This document shows positions 47,975 through 58,258 of a stretch of DNA of 64,000 nucleotides, piece after piece; the stretch's first letter is position 1; the number at the start of each line of letters is the position of its first letter. Both the position numbers and the translations under genes were made by a program. Source of the stretch: Bacilli bacterium (lineage in GTDB: Bacteria > Bacillota_I > Bacilli_A > RF39 > UBA660). The stretch covers positions 170,483 through 234,482 of the forward strand of contig JAFSFI010000010.1 of NCBI GenBank assembly GCA_017435255.1, written 5' to 3'. The notes under the pieces were generated by a model that did no database searches, was not told where the DNA came from, and saw nothing but the letters and a program-made list of their open reading frames with translations.

Positions 47975-48673
47975 ATGTTTTTATCTTTTTTAGAGTTAAT
48001 CAAAAGCCTGATGTTTTTTACTGCGTCATATTCTAATAATATTTTTCCTGATCCGCTAACAAAAGAAGAGGAAGATAAATATATAGAAAAAGCAAAATTA
48101 GGAGATAAAGAGGCAAGAAGTAAATTAATAGAACATAATTTGAGACTGGTTGCACATATTGTAAAGAAGTTTGATTATAAAAATGTTGATCAAGATGATT
48201 TAATTAGTATTGGAACAATAGGCCTTATAAAAGGCGTTGACTCATATTCTGAAAAGCATGGAACTAGGATAACAACCTATTGTGCCAGATGCATTGAAAA
48301 CGAAATTTTGATGTATTTTAGAAGTAATAATAAGAATAATAAAAACATTTCAATTAATGAATCAATAGGATTCGATAAAGAAGGAAATGAAATTACTATT
48401 TTAGATGTTTTAAAAATGCCAAAGCCAGACTTTGCGGAGGAAATACAAGTTAAAGATAATATTGCGTTGTTAAAAGAATATATTAAAATATTAAATCCAA
48501 GAGAAAAAGAAATATTAATCAAAAGATACGGATTAAATAATACAAAAGAACAAACCCAAAAAGAAATTGCAAAAGAGATGAAAATATCTAGAAGTTATGT
48601 TTCTAGAATAGAAAAAAGAGCCCTTACTAAGATTTTAAGAGAATTTATAAAAAACAAAAAATGCAGTTATTAA
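47975..48673 (+). CDS. sigK: Pro-sigma K (uninterrupted)
   Basis: Pro-sequence then SYSNNIFPDPL; EHNLRLVAHIVKK, DLISIGTIGLIK, ENEILMYFR, SRSYVSRIEKRAL. Confidence 0.92.
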   Translation: MFLSFLELIKSLMFFTASYSNNIFPDPLTKEEEDKYIEKAKLGDKEARSKLIEHNLRLVAHIVKKFDYKNVDQDDLISIGTIGLIKGVDSYSEKHGTRITTYCARCIENEILMYFRSNNKNNKNISINESIGFDKEGNEITILDVLKMPKPDFAEEIQVKDNIALLKEYIKILNPREKEILIKRYGLNNTKEQTQKEIAKEMKISRSYVSRIEKRALTKILREFIKNKKCSY

Positions 48674-48774
48674 ACCTAAAGATAGTAAAACTATCTTTTT
48701 TTGACTTTTATCCTATTTAGAATTATAATGTAGATATAAAAATAGGTAATGTACATAATAAAAATGGTGGTAGT

Positions 48775-50259
48775 ATGACTAAGAAGAATAAAAATAAAGA
48801 CAATATAAAAAATGATGAAAATAAAGCACCAAAAAAGGTAAATAAAAAAGTAATATTATCTATTATTTTATCTTTTGTTTTAATTTCCATTGCGATAGCA
48901 ACCTGCTTTATGTTTTTTATTCCAAATGTAAAACTCTTAGGTGATAGAATTATTACAATAAAGTTAAAGGAAGAGTATTACGATAAAGGTATCAAAGCTA
49001 CTTATCAAGGAAAAGATATATCTAAGCAAGTAAAAGTAAAAGATAATATAAATAGTGAAAAAGTTGGTACCTATAAAGTTACATACACAATAAAAAAAGG
49101 GCTGTTTGAAGTTAAAAAAACAAGAACCGTTAAAGTAATTGATGATACAAAACCAGTTATTGAATTAGTTGGCGAAAAAGAAATAGTTATGTGCCCAGGA
49201 AAAACTTTTGATGAACTAGGTTATAGTGCAACAGATAATTATGACGGGAATTTAACAAGCAAGGTACAGATAGATGAAACAGAAGAAAAAATCACCTATA
49301 CCGTTAAGGATTCTAGTGGTAATAAGACTGTTGCTGTTAGGAAATTTATAAGAAATGATATAGAAAAACCAATTATTGCTTTAAAAGGTGATACAACTTT
49401 ATATATTGAACAAGGTGGTGTGTATAATGAGCCCGGATATACTGCTACGGATAATTGCGAAGCGGATATGACCTCATCTGTCATAATTGATGGCAAAATA
49501 GATACTAACACCTTAGGGACTCAAACTTTAACTTATAAAGTAATAGATAAAGCTGGGAATGAATCTACTGCTAATAGGGTGGTTTATATTAAATCACCTA
49601 AAGTAACAGCGCCTACGGGTATTTATAAAAACAGTATGATTTATTTAACATTTGATGATGGACCTAGTAATGTTACTGGCCAAATACTGGATATTTTAAA
49701 AGAAAAAAATGTTAAGGCAACGTTCTTTGTTGTTAATCAATCTGATGGATTAAATTATTTAATTAAACGTGAACATGATGAAGGTCATACAGTTGCACTT
49801 CATTCTTCAAGTCACAGATATGATTTAATTTATAGTTCGGTAGATAATTATTTTAATGATTTAAATCTTATTGGTAATAAAGTGAAAAATATTACTGGAA
49901 CCGATTCTAAAATTATTCGTTTTCCTGGTGGAGGATCTAATGTTATTAGTAAGAAATATTCAAGTGGAATAATGAGTACATTGACAAATGAAGTGTTGGC
50001 TAGAGGATATCATTATTTTGACTGGAATGTTGATTGTGGAGATGCCGGTAATTCAAAAAACGCAACAGATGTATACAATAATGTAGTAAATTATTTGAGT
50101 CATAATCAAACTAATGTTGTTTTAATGCATGATTTTCAAAATAATTACAAGACATTAGAAGCATTAGATGATATAATAGATTATGGAATAGCTAATGGTT
50201 ATACCTTTGCAGCAATAGATATGAATACGCCATTAGTAAGACATAGAGTAAACAATTAA
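48775..50259 (+). CDS. Polysaccharide (peptidoglycan) deacetylase with Ig-like (DUF5011-type) stalk
   Basis: TFDDGPS, HSSSH, RFPGG, DWNVD, LMHD; ATDNYDG repeats; TM anchor. Confidence 0.9.
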   Translation: MTKKNKNKDNIKNDENKAPKKVNKKVILSIILSFVLISIAIATCFMFFIPNVKLLGDRIITIKLKEEYYDKGIKATYQGKDISKQVKVKDNINSEKVGTYKVTYTIKKGLFEVKKTRTVKVIDDTKPVIELVGEKEIVMCPGKTFDELGYSATDNYDGNLTSKVQIDETEEKITYTVKDSSGNKTVAVRKFIRNDIEKPIIALKGDTTLYIEQGGVYNEPGYTATDNCEADMTSSVIIDGKIDTNTLGTQTLTYKVIDKAGNESTANRVVYIKSPKVTAPTGIYKNSMIYLTFDDGPSNVTGQILDILKEKNVKATFFVVNQSDGLNYLIKREHDEGHTVALHSSSHRYDLIYSSVDNYFNDLNLIGNKVKNITGTDSKIIRFPGGGSNVISKKYSSGIMSTLTNEVLARGYHYFDWNVDCGDAGNSKNATDVYNNVVNYLSHNQTNVVLMHDFQNNYKTLEALDDIIDYGIANGYTFAAIDMNTPLVRHRVNN

Positions 50260-50271
50260 GGAGTGAAAGTT

Positions 50272-51810
50272 ATGAAGAAAAAGGGGATTTTATTATTTTT
50301 ATTATTGTTTATGTTGTTTCCAACTATTGTGTTTGCAGAAAAACCAACTACAGAATTTGAAGGAGTAGTTACGGCTAAACCGGGTGATATCGTAGCGTAT
50401 GATATAAAAGTAACCACAGATACATTAAAGCCTTCAAAATATAAAGCTGAGTTAAAATACGATGAAGATGTATTAGAACTTAAAGAAGTAACTGCAAAGG
50501 GTGATGGTTGGAATTCCATTAGTGCTAATAAAACTGTTGAATTTATCAACTCAAAAGGAGGCGCTACAGGAACTACAATAATTGCTACTATTACATTTAA
50601 AGTAAAAGACAATGTACCAAAACAAAATATAGAAATTAAATTAACTGATATACAGGTTACAACATTAGATGAGAAAAATGAAGAAAGTTTTACTACTTTA
50701 GATGATAAAAAAGTTACGTTATCAATTAAGTCAACAGATAAAACATTAAAAGATTTAAAAGTAGATGGAGTAACTATTGAAGATTTCAAAAGCGATAAGT
50801 ATGAATATGAATTAGAATTTTCTTCTGATGTTGATTCTATTGAAATAAAAGCGGCAGCAAATAATGCAAATGCAACGTTTGTTGAAGGATATGGATCTAG
50901 AACAGTAGAACTAAATTATGGAGAAAATGAAGTTCTTGTTAAAGTAAAATCAGAATCTGGAGATATTCAAGTATATAAATTAATAATTATTCGTGAGGAT
51001 GATAGAAATACCAATAACAGCTTAAAAGAAGTTGTTATTAACTCAGGTAAGATTAAACTGGAGCTATCTAAAAATAAGGTAGATTATACTATAAAAACTT
51101 ACAAATTAAAAACACTAGAAGTAGATGCTGTAGCGGTAGATTCAAAAGCAGTGGTTGATATAAAAATTCCTGAAGAAATAATTGTTGGTGACAATGTTGT
51201 TGTAATTACAGTTACTAGTGAGAGCGGAGAAGAAAAAATTTATACTATAACCTTTGAGAATAGTGATAAAAAAATAGATACAAAGGTAAAAACTTTATAT
51301 ATTAAGGGACATGAAATTAATTTTGACAAAAATACAATGGTGTATGAAGTAGTATTTAATAAAAAATATAAAAAAGGATTAGATATCAAAGTAGTAACTG
51401 TTTCTTCTGAAAAACTAGTAGAATATAAAATTTATTATAATGGAAAGGAAATAACCGAAGACACTAAAATAGATTTAAAAGTAGGCGATAAATATGAAAT
51501 TAAAGTAATGCCTATTGGACTAGAAGAGGGAGAAGAAAGTGACACTACAAGTTATGTTATTTCTATAGTAAGAGACAAAAGAGTAAACTTTTTCCTTGTA
51601 TTAGAATTATTTATAGTGCTTGTATTAGTTATTTTGATTATCATCCAAATAATTAAAAGAAAGAAAATAATCAATAATTCAAAACAAGTTAAAAAAGTAA
51701 AAAAAGAAGAAGATAGGGTTTCAAATAAAACCATTACAAAAGAAATGGAAAAAACAAAAGTGATTAATGATGAAGAACTCAAAAAAATAAATAATAATAG
51801 CGAAGAATAG
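50272..51810 (+). CDS. Membrane-anchored protein: cohesin domain, cadherin-like repeats, C-terminal TM
   Basis: AKPGDIV...LKYDEDVLEL...IATITFKVK cohesin pattern; GENEVLVKVKSESG / GDNVVVITVTSESG repeats. Confidence 0.78.
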   Translation: MKKKGILLFLLLFMLFPTIVFAEKPTTEFEGVVTAKPGDIVAYDIKVTTDTLKPSKYKAELKYDEDVLELKEVTAKGDGWNSISANKTVEFINSKGGATGTTIIATITFKVKDNVPKQNIEIKLTDIQVTTLDEKNEESFTTLDDKKVTLSIKSTDKTLKDLKVDGVTIEDFKSDKYEYELEFSSDVDSIEIKAAANNANATFVEGYGSRTVELNYGENEVLVKVKSESGDIQVYKLIIIREDDRNTNNSLKEVVINSGKIKLELSKNKVDYTIKTYKLKTLEVDAVAVDSKAVVDIKIPEEIIVGDNVVVITVTSESGEEKIYTITFENSDKKIDTKVKTLYIKGHEINFDKNTMVYEVVFNKKYKKGLDIKVVTVSSEKLVEYKIYYNGKEITEDTKIDLKVGDKYEIKVMPIGLEEGEESDTTSYVISIVRDKRVNFFLVLELFIVLVLVILIIIQIIKRKKIINNSKQVKKVKKEEDRVSNKTITKEMEKTKVINDEELKKINNNSEE

Positions 51811-51846
51811 ACTTTATGTTTATTTTTTGCTTTTATAGGGGGATTT

Positions 51847-52368
51847 ATGAATTTGGATAGATTTGTGCCAACTATTTACCAAAAGAGTGTTTTAGATATC
51901 GATTATACAAAATTAAAAAAAACGGGAATAAAATGTATTTTGTTCGATTTAGACAATACTTTGATAAATGCAAAAGAAAATTCTTTTGATAAAAAGATAG
52001 AAAAATTATTGGTAAAATTAAGTAAAGATTTTAAATTAATTATAGTTTCAAATAATTTTAAGAAAAGAATTAAACCATTTTGTGATATTATAAGTATAGA
52101 TTTTATTAGTTTTTGCCTAAAACCGTGTACAATTAAATTAAAAAGAAAATTAAAAAAACTTGTTTTTTTGAATGATGAGATTTGTATAATAGGTGATCAA
52201 TTGATATCTGATGTGTTAGTTGGTAATAAAATAAAAGTTAAAACCATTTTAGTTGATCCAATTGGTAAAGATTTAAAAGTAACTGGCTTAAATAGATATT
52301 TAGAAAATAGAATTTTAAATAAATTAAAGGACAAAAACGCTCTAGAAAGAGGTAATTATTATGAGTAA
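51847..52368 (+). CDS. yqeG: YqeG HAD-IIIA phosphatase
   Basis: DLDNTL, SNN, KP, IGDQLISDV, TILVDP. Confidence 0.9.
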   Translation: MNLDRFVPTIYQKSVLDIDYTKLKKTGIKCILFDLDNTLINAKENSFDKKIEKLLVKLSKDFKLIIVSNNFKKRIKPFCDIISIDFISFCLKPCTIKLKRKLKKLVFLNDEICIIGDQLISDVLVGNKIKVKTILVDPIGKDLKVTGLNRYLENRILNKLKDKNALERGNYYE

Positions 52369-53371
52369 AGAAAAAAAATACTGTATAGGATGCGGTGTAT
52401 TGTTACAAGATGAAAATATGACTATAGATGGATATACTACAAGTATGGAAAATGATATTTGCAGTAGATGTTTTAGAATGAAAAACTATGGCGAATATCA
52501 GATTGTGACAAAATCTAATGAAGAATATATAGATATTTTAAAAAGTGTAAATAAGACTAATGACCTAGTTCTTTATATAGTTGATTTATTAAATCTAGAT
52601 AGAGATTTGAAACACATTAGAAATTATATTAATAATAAAGTAATATTGGTATTGAGCAAAAGAGATGTTCTTCCTAAAAGTGTAAAAGACGAAAAACTTA
52701 TTGATTATTTTAAAAATATGGAATTAGATTATGATGATATAGTAGTGGTTAGTCCTAATAAAAATTATAATATCGATGAGTTATTACACGTAATTAAGAA
52801 ATATAAGACTAGTAAAAATGTGTATGTTGTAGGTCACACAAATGTAGGAAAATCAACATTAATAAATAAACTTATGAAGAATTATTCTGAAAACGAGTGT
52901 GAACTTACTATTTCACCGTTGCCATCAACTACGTTAAACAAAATTTCTATTAAATTAAGTGACGATTTGACACTAATAGATACTCCTGGACTAATAGATA
53001 GAGGTAATATAGTTAATTATGTTGATCCAAGTCTATTAAAAAAGATTAATCCTAAAAAAGAAATTAAACCAAAAACTTATCAAATTAAAAAAGGACAATG
53101 TTTAATTATTGGTAATTTAATAAGAGTAGATTATGTTGAAGGTGGAAAAAACAGTTTCACTGTCTTCATGTCTAATGATTTAAAAGTACAAAGATTTAAT
53201 CTTCAAAAACAAGAAGGATTAAAAGATTTATATCCAAATGAATTAGATGTTTTATATCATGAGGATGTTGTAGTTAATGGACTTGGTTTTATAAAAATTG
53301 TTGAAAAGGCAAAAGTTGTTATATATGCGGATAAAAATGTGGAAATATATACAAGAAGATCTTTAATTTAA
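52361..53371 (+). CDS. yqeH: Ribosome biogenesis GTPase YqeH
   Basis: CIGCG...CSRCF zinc finger; NVGKSTLIN; DTPG. Confidence 0.92.
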   Translation: MSKEKKYCIGCGVLLQDENMTIDGYTTSMENDICSRCFRMKNYGEYQIVTKSNEEYIDILKSVNKTNDLVLYIVDLLNLDRDLKHIRNYINNKVILVLSKRDVLPKSVKDEKLIDYFKNMELDYDDIVVVSPNKNYNIDELLHVIKKYKTSKNVYVVGHTNVGKSTLINKLMKNYSENECELTISPLPSTTLNKISIKLSDDLTLIDTPGLIDRGNIVNYVDPSLLKKINPKKEIKPKTYQIKKGQCLIIGNLIRVDYVEGGKNSFTVFMSNDLKVQRFNLQKQEGLKDLYPNELDVLYHEDVVVNGLGFIKIVEKAKVVIYADKNVEIYTRRSLI

Positions 53372-53462
53372 ATAACAGTCAAAAACTGTTATTTTTTTGT
53401 AAAGAAGTGTATTTTTTTATATTTTATATTAAGTTTATGATATAATAATTATGGGTGTTAAT

Positions 53463-54185
53463 ATGAAAATAAACATTAAATCTATTGATATAAATTACAT
53501 ACAATATGGTAAGGGTAGCGATGTTATATTGCTTCATGGCTGGGGTCAAAATATAGAAATGATGAAACCACTTGGCGATAAATTGTCTAAGAATAATAGA
53601 ATAACTATAATTGATTTGCCAGGATTTGGTGATACTGCTGAACCAAAAGAGGAATTGACAATTTATGATTATAATGAAATTATAGAAGAATTTATAGAAA
53701 AATTGAAAATAAAAAATCCAACTCTTATAGGCCATTCGTTTGGTGGAAGAATTTCAATGATCTATGCTTCTAAGAACCAAGTTGATAAATTAGTTTTATT
53801 TGGTAGTCCATGTATCGCTAAAAATCCTAAATTAAGTTTTAAAGTAAAGATATTAAAATTTCTCAAAAAAGTTCCTGTTATAAACAAACTAGAAGGATTC
53901 GCAAAACGTCACATTGGTTCAAGGGATTATAAAAATGCAAGCGACATAATGCGAAAGATATTAGTTAATACGGTAAATGCTGATTTAAGTGATTGTTGTA
54001 AAAAAATAAAATGTCCAACTCTTCTTATTTGGGGAGAAAACGATACTGAAGTAGATGTTGAAGAAGCAAAACAAATAGAGAGTATGATTGATGATGTTGG
54101 ACTTATAGTTTTGCCAAATTCTACTCATTATGCATATTTAGAAAATTTAAATCATGTTACTAATATTTTAAGAAATTTTTTGTGA
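53463..54185 (+). CDS. Alpha/beta hydrolase
   Basis: LHGWG, DLPGFG, GHSFGG, WGEND, THYAY. Confidence 0.9.
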   Translation: MKINIKSIDINYIQYGKGSDVILLHGWGQNIEMMKPLGDKLSKNNRITIIDLPGFGDTAEPKEELTIYDYNEIIEEFIEKLKIKNPTLIGHSFGGRISMIYASKNQVDKLVLFGSPCIAKNPKLSFKVKILKFLKKVPVINKLEGFAKRHIGSRDYKNASDIMRKILVNTVNADLSDCCKKIKCPTLLIWGENDTEVDVEEAKQIESMIDDVGLIVLPNSTHYAYLENLNHVTNILRNFL

Positions 54186-54196
54186 GGTGATTAAAT

Positions 54197-55798
54197 ATGG
54201 TTTTATATTATCTTTTGTACTTATTAATTTTTCTTTATGTAGTTGCTATTAGCATGAAATCTTATCATATGCTACAACAAAATCTATATAATGAAAATAA
54301 TCGTTATCTTAAATGGGTATGGAAAAATAAACAATTAATTTATAAGAATATAGATTTATATGGAATTGTCTTTTCGTGTTTAATATTATTTACACAAAAT
54401 ATTAATTTGATTAATTTCTTTTTAGTAATATTAATGAGCGTATATGTAGTTGCGTTTTTTAGATTTCAAGATAGTAAAAAATATGATCAAGACAAAAAAC
54501 CTCTAGTAGTTACAAAAAGAGTAAGAAGATTGATGATTACAACTTATTTATTACATTTAATTCCGGTAGTAATATCTATTTTTGTTAATGATTTTGCACC
54601 ATATTGTTTGTTATTGTTAAGTGTAATGTCGTCACTTAATTTCTATGTAGTATTTATAGCAATGATTTTTAATTTTCCGGTAGAAAGAGGAATATATCAT
54701 TATTATGAACATAAGGCAAAATTGAAATTAAAAAGCATGCCAAATTTAAAAACAATAGGTATTACTGGTAGTTATGGAAAAACAAGTTGTAAAAATATTT
54801 TGGCTGATATTTTAAATATAAGATATAATGCTTTACCAACACCTAAAAGTTTAAATACATTTAATGGACTTATGATCACTATTAATAATAAATTGAGTAA
54901 ATTTGATGATATATTTATTGCAGAGATGGGGGCATATGTAGTTGGTGAAATCCGTGGACTATGTGAATTAGTAAATCCTAAATATGGAATTATTACATCT
55001 ATTGGTACTTCTCATTTAGCAACTTTTGGTAGTCAAAAAAATATTCAGAAAGCTAAAATGGAATTGATAGAATTTTTACCAAAAGATGGAGTAGGAGTAT
55101 TAAATGCTGATGATGAAAATCAAAAATCATATAAGATAAAAAACAACTGTAAAATATTATGGATTGGCATTGATAGTGAAGATGTTGATGTAAGAGCAAG
55201 CAATATTATATGCAGTGGAAAGGGAACTTCTTTTGATGTTAAATTCAAAGATAGTAACAAAGTTTATCGTTTTGAAACAAAATTGTTAGGTAAACACAAC
55301 GTATATAATATTTTATCTGCATTGGCCTTGGGACGTGAATTTGGTGTTAGTATAAAAGATTTGCAGTTAGGAGTTAAAAAAGTAAGACCAGTTGAACATC
55401 GATTAGAATTAAAAAAAATAGGGAACTTTTATCAAATTGATGATGCATACAATTCAAATCCGGTTGGAGCTAAAAGTGCATTAGAAGTGTTAGATATGAT
55501 GGATGGAGACAGGATAGTTGTTACTCCGGGAATGGTTGAATTAGGTGAACAAGAAGAAAAATTAAACAAAAGATTTGGTGAACAAATTGCAGATGTTGCT
55601 AATAAGGTAATTTTAATAGGTGAGAAAAGAACCAAGCCTATTTATGACGGGTTAATTAAAGCAGGGTTTAAAAAAGAAGATATATATATATCTAATGATG
55701 TTAGAGAAGCATATACTATTTTGAATAAATTAAAAGGAAAAAAAGATATGTATGCGCTATTTGAAAACGATTTACCGGATACATATACAGAAAAGTAG
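54197..55798 (+). CDS. murF: MurF ligase with N-terminal membrane domain
   Basis: About 160-aa hydrophobic N-terminus; GITGSYGKT, EMGA, DDAYNSNP, TPGMVELG, ENDLPD. Confidence 0.87.
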   Translation: MVLYYLLYLLIFLYVVAISMKSYHMLQQNLYNENNRYLKWVWKNKQLIYKNIDLYGIVFSCLILFTQNINLINFFLVILMSVYVVAFFRFQDSKKYDQDKKPLVVTKRVRRLMITTYLLHLIPVVISIFVNDFAPYCLLLLSVMSSLNFYVVFIAMIFNFPVERGIYHYYEHKAKLKLKSMPNLKTIGITGSYGKTSCKNILADILNIRYNALPTPKSLNTFNGLMITINNKLSKFDDIFIAEMGAYVVGEIRGLCELVNPKYGIITSIGTSHLATFGSQKNIQKAKMELIEFLPKDGVGVLNADDENQKSYKIKNNCKILWIGIDSEDVDVRASNIICSGKGTSFDVKFKDSNKVYRFETKLLGKHNVYNILSALALGREFGVSIKDLQLGVKKVRPVEHRLELKKIGNFYQIDDAYNSNPVGAKSALEVLDMMDGDRIVVTPGMVELGEQEEKLNKRFGEQIADVANKVILIGEKRTKPIYDGLIKAGFKKEDIYISNDVREAYTILNKLKGKKDMYALFENDLPDTYTEK

Positions 55799-55807
55799 GA
55801 GGATTTT

Positions 55808-56986
55808 ATGATTAGATTAGGAGTTATATTTGGTGGTGAAACTGTTGAACATGAGGTTAGTATTATTTCGGCAGTTCAAGCAATGAATAAAATGGACACA
55901 GAGAAGTATGAAGTAGTACCAATTTATGTTACTAAGGATAGAGAATGGTATACAGGGGATTCTTTAAAAGATATAGATGTATATCAAGATTTAGAATTAT
56001 TAAAAAGATATAATAAAAATGTAATATTATATTGTAAAAACGGAAGGTTTGTACTTCAATCTAAAGGGTTCTTTAAAAGAGTAGTTAAAGAAATCGATAT
56101 GATTTTTCCTGTTGTTCACGGAACAAATATGGAAGACGGAGTTTTGCAGGGCTATTTAAGAAGTATTGGTGTTCCTTTTGTGGGTTGCGATGTATCATCA
56201 GCTGCTGTATCACAAGATAAAATATTCCAAAAGCAAATCTTTAAAGATTCAAATTTACCTATTACAGACTTTGTTTGGTTCTTTGATACCGAGTATTTAG
56301 ATGATCCAGAATCAATTATTAAGAAAATAGAAAAACTCAAATATCCGGTTATTGTCAAACCCGCAACACTTGGTAGTAGCATAGGAATATCTATTGCAAA
56401 CGATAAAGACATGTTGGAAAAATCAATTGAAGATGCGATTAATTATGATAATAAAATAGTTGTAGAAGAAGTCGTAGAAAATTTAACAGAAGTTAATATT
56501 AGTGTTCTTGGTAATTATGAACATATAAACCTAAGTGAAATAGAACAAGTAATGAGTGATAATGATTTGTTGACTTATGAGGATAAATACATTGGAAGTT
56601 CTAAAAAAACTCCGGGAACATCCAAAGGAATGGCTAGTGCGGTTAGAAAAATTCCGGCCGATATATCAGAAAAATTAAAAGAAGAAATAAGAGAAATAGC
56701 TACTGAAGCCTTTAGAGTATTAAATGCTTCCGGAGTTGTTAGAATAGATTTCTTAATTGATAAGAAAAAGAAAAAGGTATATATAAATGAAATTAACTCT
56801 TGTCCTGGTTCGCTTGCATTTTATTTGTGGGAACCAACAGGAAAAGATTATTCTGAGCTATTAGATGATATGATAAATATTGCAATTAAAGATTATAAAA
56901 AAAGAGTAGGAAAAATACATTCGTTTAATAGTAATATATTACAAGGATTTTCAGGCAGTAAGGGACTAAAAGGAATAAAAAAATAA
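55808..56986 (+). CDS. ddl: D-Ala-D-Ala ligase
   Basis: FGGETVEHEVS, HGTNMEDG, VKPATLGSSIG, TYEDKY, RIDF, NEINSCPG. Confidence 0.92.
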   Translation: MIRLGVIFGGETVEHEVSIISAVQAMNKMDTEKYEVVPIYVTKDREWYTGDSLKDIDVYQDLELLKRYNKNVILYCKNGRFVLQSKGFFKRVVKEIDMIFPVVHGTNMEDGVLQGYLRSIGVPFVGCDVSSAAVSQDKIFQKQIFKDSNLPITDFVWFFDTEYLDDPESIIKKIEKLKYPVIVKPATLGSSIGISIANDKDMLEKSIEDAINYDNKIVVEEVVENLTEVNISVLGNYEHINLSEIEQVMSDNDLLTYEDKYIGSSKKTPGTSKGMASAVRKIPADISEKLKEEIREIATEAFRVLNASGVVRIDFLIDKKKKKVYINEINSCPGSLAFYLWEPTGKDYSELLDDMINIAIKDYKKRVGKIHSFNSNILQGFSGSKGLKGIKK

Positions 56987-57005
56987 AATAGTGGGTGATG
57001 GAAGG

Positions 57006-58145
57006 ATGTTAGATATAATGAGTATAAAAAATAAAACCATGTTATTATCTAATCTATCTTTTGATCACCCTTTGTCATTACAAGAAATAAATGACTTGAT
57101 AAATATGTTATCTCAGGGAGTTTTAATTGGACAAATATATTTTAAAGATGAAGTGGATGTAGAAAGTATTGAAAAAGTTAAACTACTATTGGAAGTGTTG
57201 CCAAATATAGATGACAAAAAGATAGAAAAATATATTATGAGAAAAATCGATGATGATGATAAAAATAAGCTGGACAAATTGACCTTTCAAAATATTGATA
57301 CATGGAATATTGCGTATTCTATAGAACATAATAGATTTTCAGTTACTAGTTTAGCTAAATATCGTTTAATTGATGAGTGGTTTAAAAGCACTATAAAAGA
57401 AATGCCTGAAGGATTGTCTTGCTTAGAAAAAGTTTGTTATCTATATGATAAGGTAAAACTGTTTGAATTTAGCACAAATCCTAAATATGGAAGATTACCA
57501 GAAATAATATCTGATGGAGTAGCTAATTCATATGGGTACAATTTATTATTTAAAGAACTTTTAACAATGTGTAAAATACCTTGTAAAACGGAACCGTATT
57601 CAATTGATGGTGAAGAAAGTTATATAACTCTAGCAGAATTGTACGATGAAAAACATGGTGTAGATGGTATTTATTTGTTTGATGCTTCTATGGATACGAT
57701 TGGTAAAGAGCAATATAAGAATGGATTAGCTAGAAGAATGAATTATAATTTTTGTGCGATTACGTTAGATAAATTTTCGAGATTAAATGGACAAGTTTTT
57801 CCAGGAGGGATATTAAGAGTATTAATGGCTGAAGATGAACTTGAATATAAGCATAATTTAAATAGGTATAATAAAAAAAATGGATACAAAGAAAGTTTGA
57901 AAACTGAAAATATATTCCAAGAAAAAATAGATAATGTTTATTTAAAATGTTTTAATACAAAAGATATAAATGAAGAAACACTGTTTAACGTTTTCTCTGA
58001 AAGAGTAAACTGTTTGTCGAGAAATATAGAAGAAAGAGAAATTTTACAGGCTACTTTAATTAATAATTATAAAGATAGAGAAAAAGACTTGTTTGCAGAT
58101 AAATCTGTAAAGAAAATGTCAAAAAACAATCTATTAAGTGCATAA
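57006..58145 (+). CDS. Hypothetical protein with degenerate transglutaminase-like region
   Basis: LSCLEKVCYLYDKVK...GVANSYGYNLLFKELL...GIYLFDASMD resembles the TG-like fold; catalytic Cys/His not evident. Confidence 0.5.
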   Translation: MLDIMSIKNKTMLLSNLSFDHPLSLQEINDLINMLSQGVLIGQIYFKDEVDVESIEKVKLLLEVLPNIDDKKIEKYIMRKIDDDDKNKLDKLTFQNIDTWNIAYSIEHNRFSVTSLAKYRLIDEWFKSTIKEMPEGLSCLEKVCYLYDKVKLFEFSTNPKYGRLPEIISDGVANSYGYNLLFKELLTMCKIPCKTEPYSIDGEESYITLAELYDEKHGVDGIYLFDASMDTIGKEQYKNGLARRMNYNFCAITLDKFSRLNGQVFPGGILRVLMAEDELEYKHNLNRYNKKNGYKESLKTENIFQEKIDNVYLKCFNTKDINEETLFNVFSERVNCLSRNIEEREILQATLINNYKDREKDLFADKSVKKMSKNNLLSA

Positions 58146-58200
58146 TAAATAGGCATTTTTATTTGTTAAAAATAAAAATGTAAAAAAAAATACATAACAG

Positions 58201-58229
58201 TTGAATTTTAAAAAAAACTTTGATACAAT
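58201..58229 (+). promoter_or_regulatory. SigA promoter, fibre subunit 1
   Basis: TTGAAT-N17-TACAAT with TG extension. Confidence 0.7.
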
Positions 58230-58258
58230 TAATACATAAAATAAAGGAGGAAAAGAAA

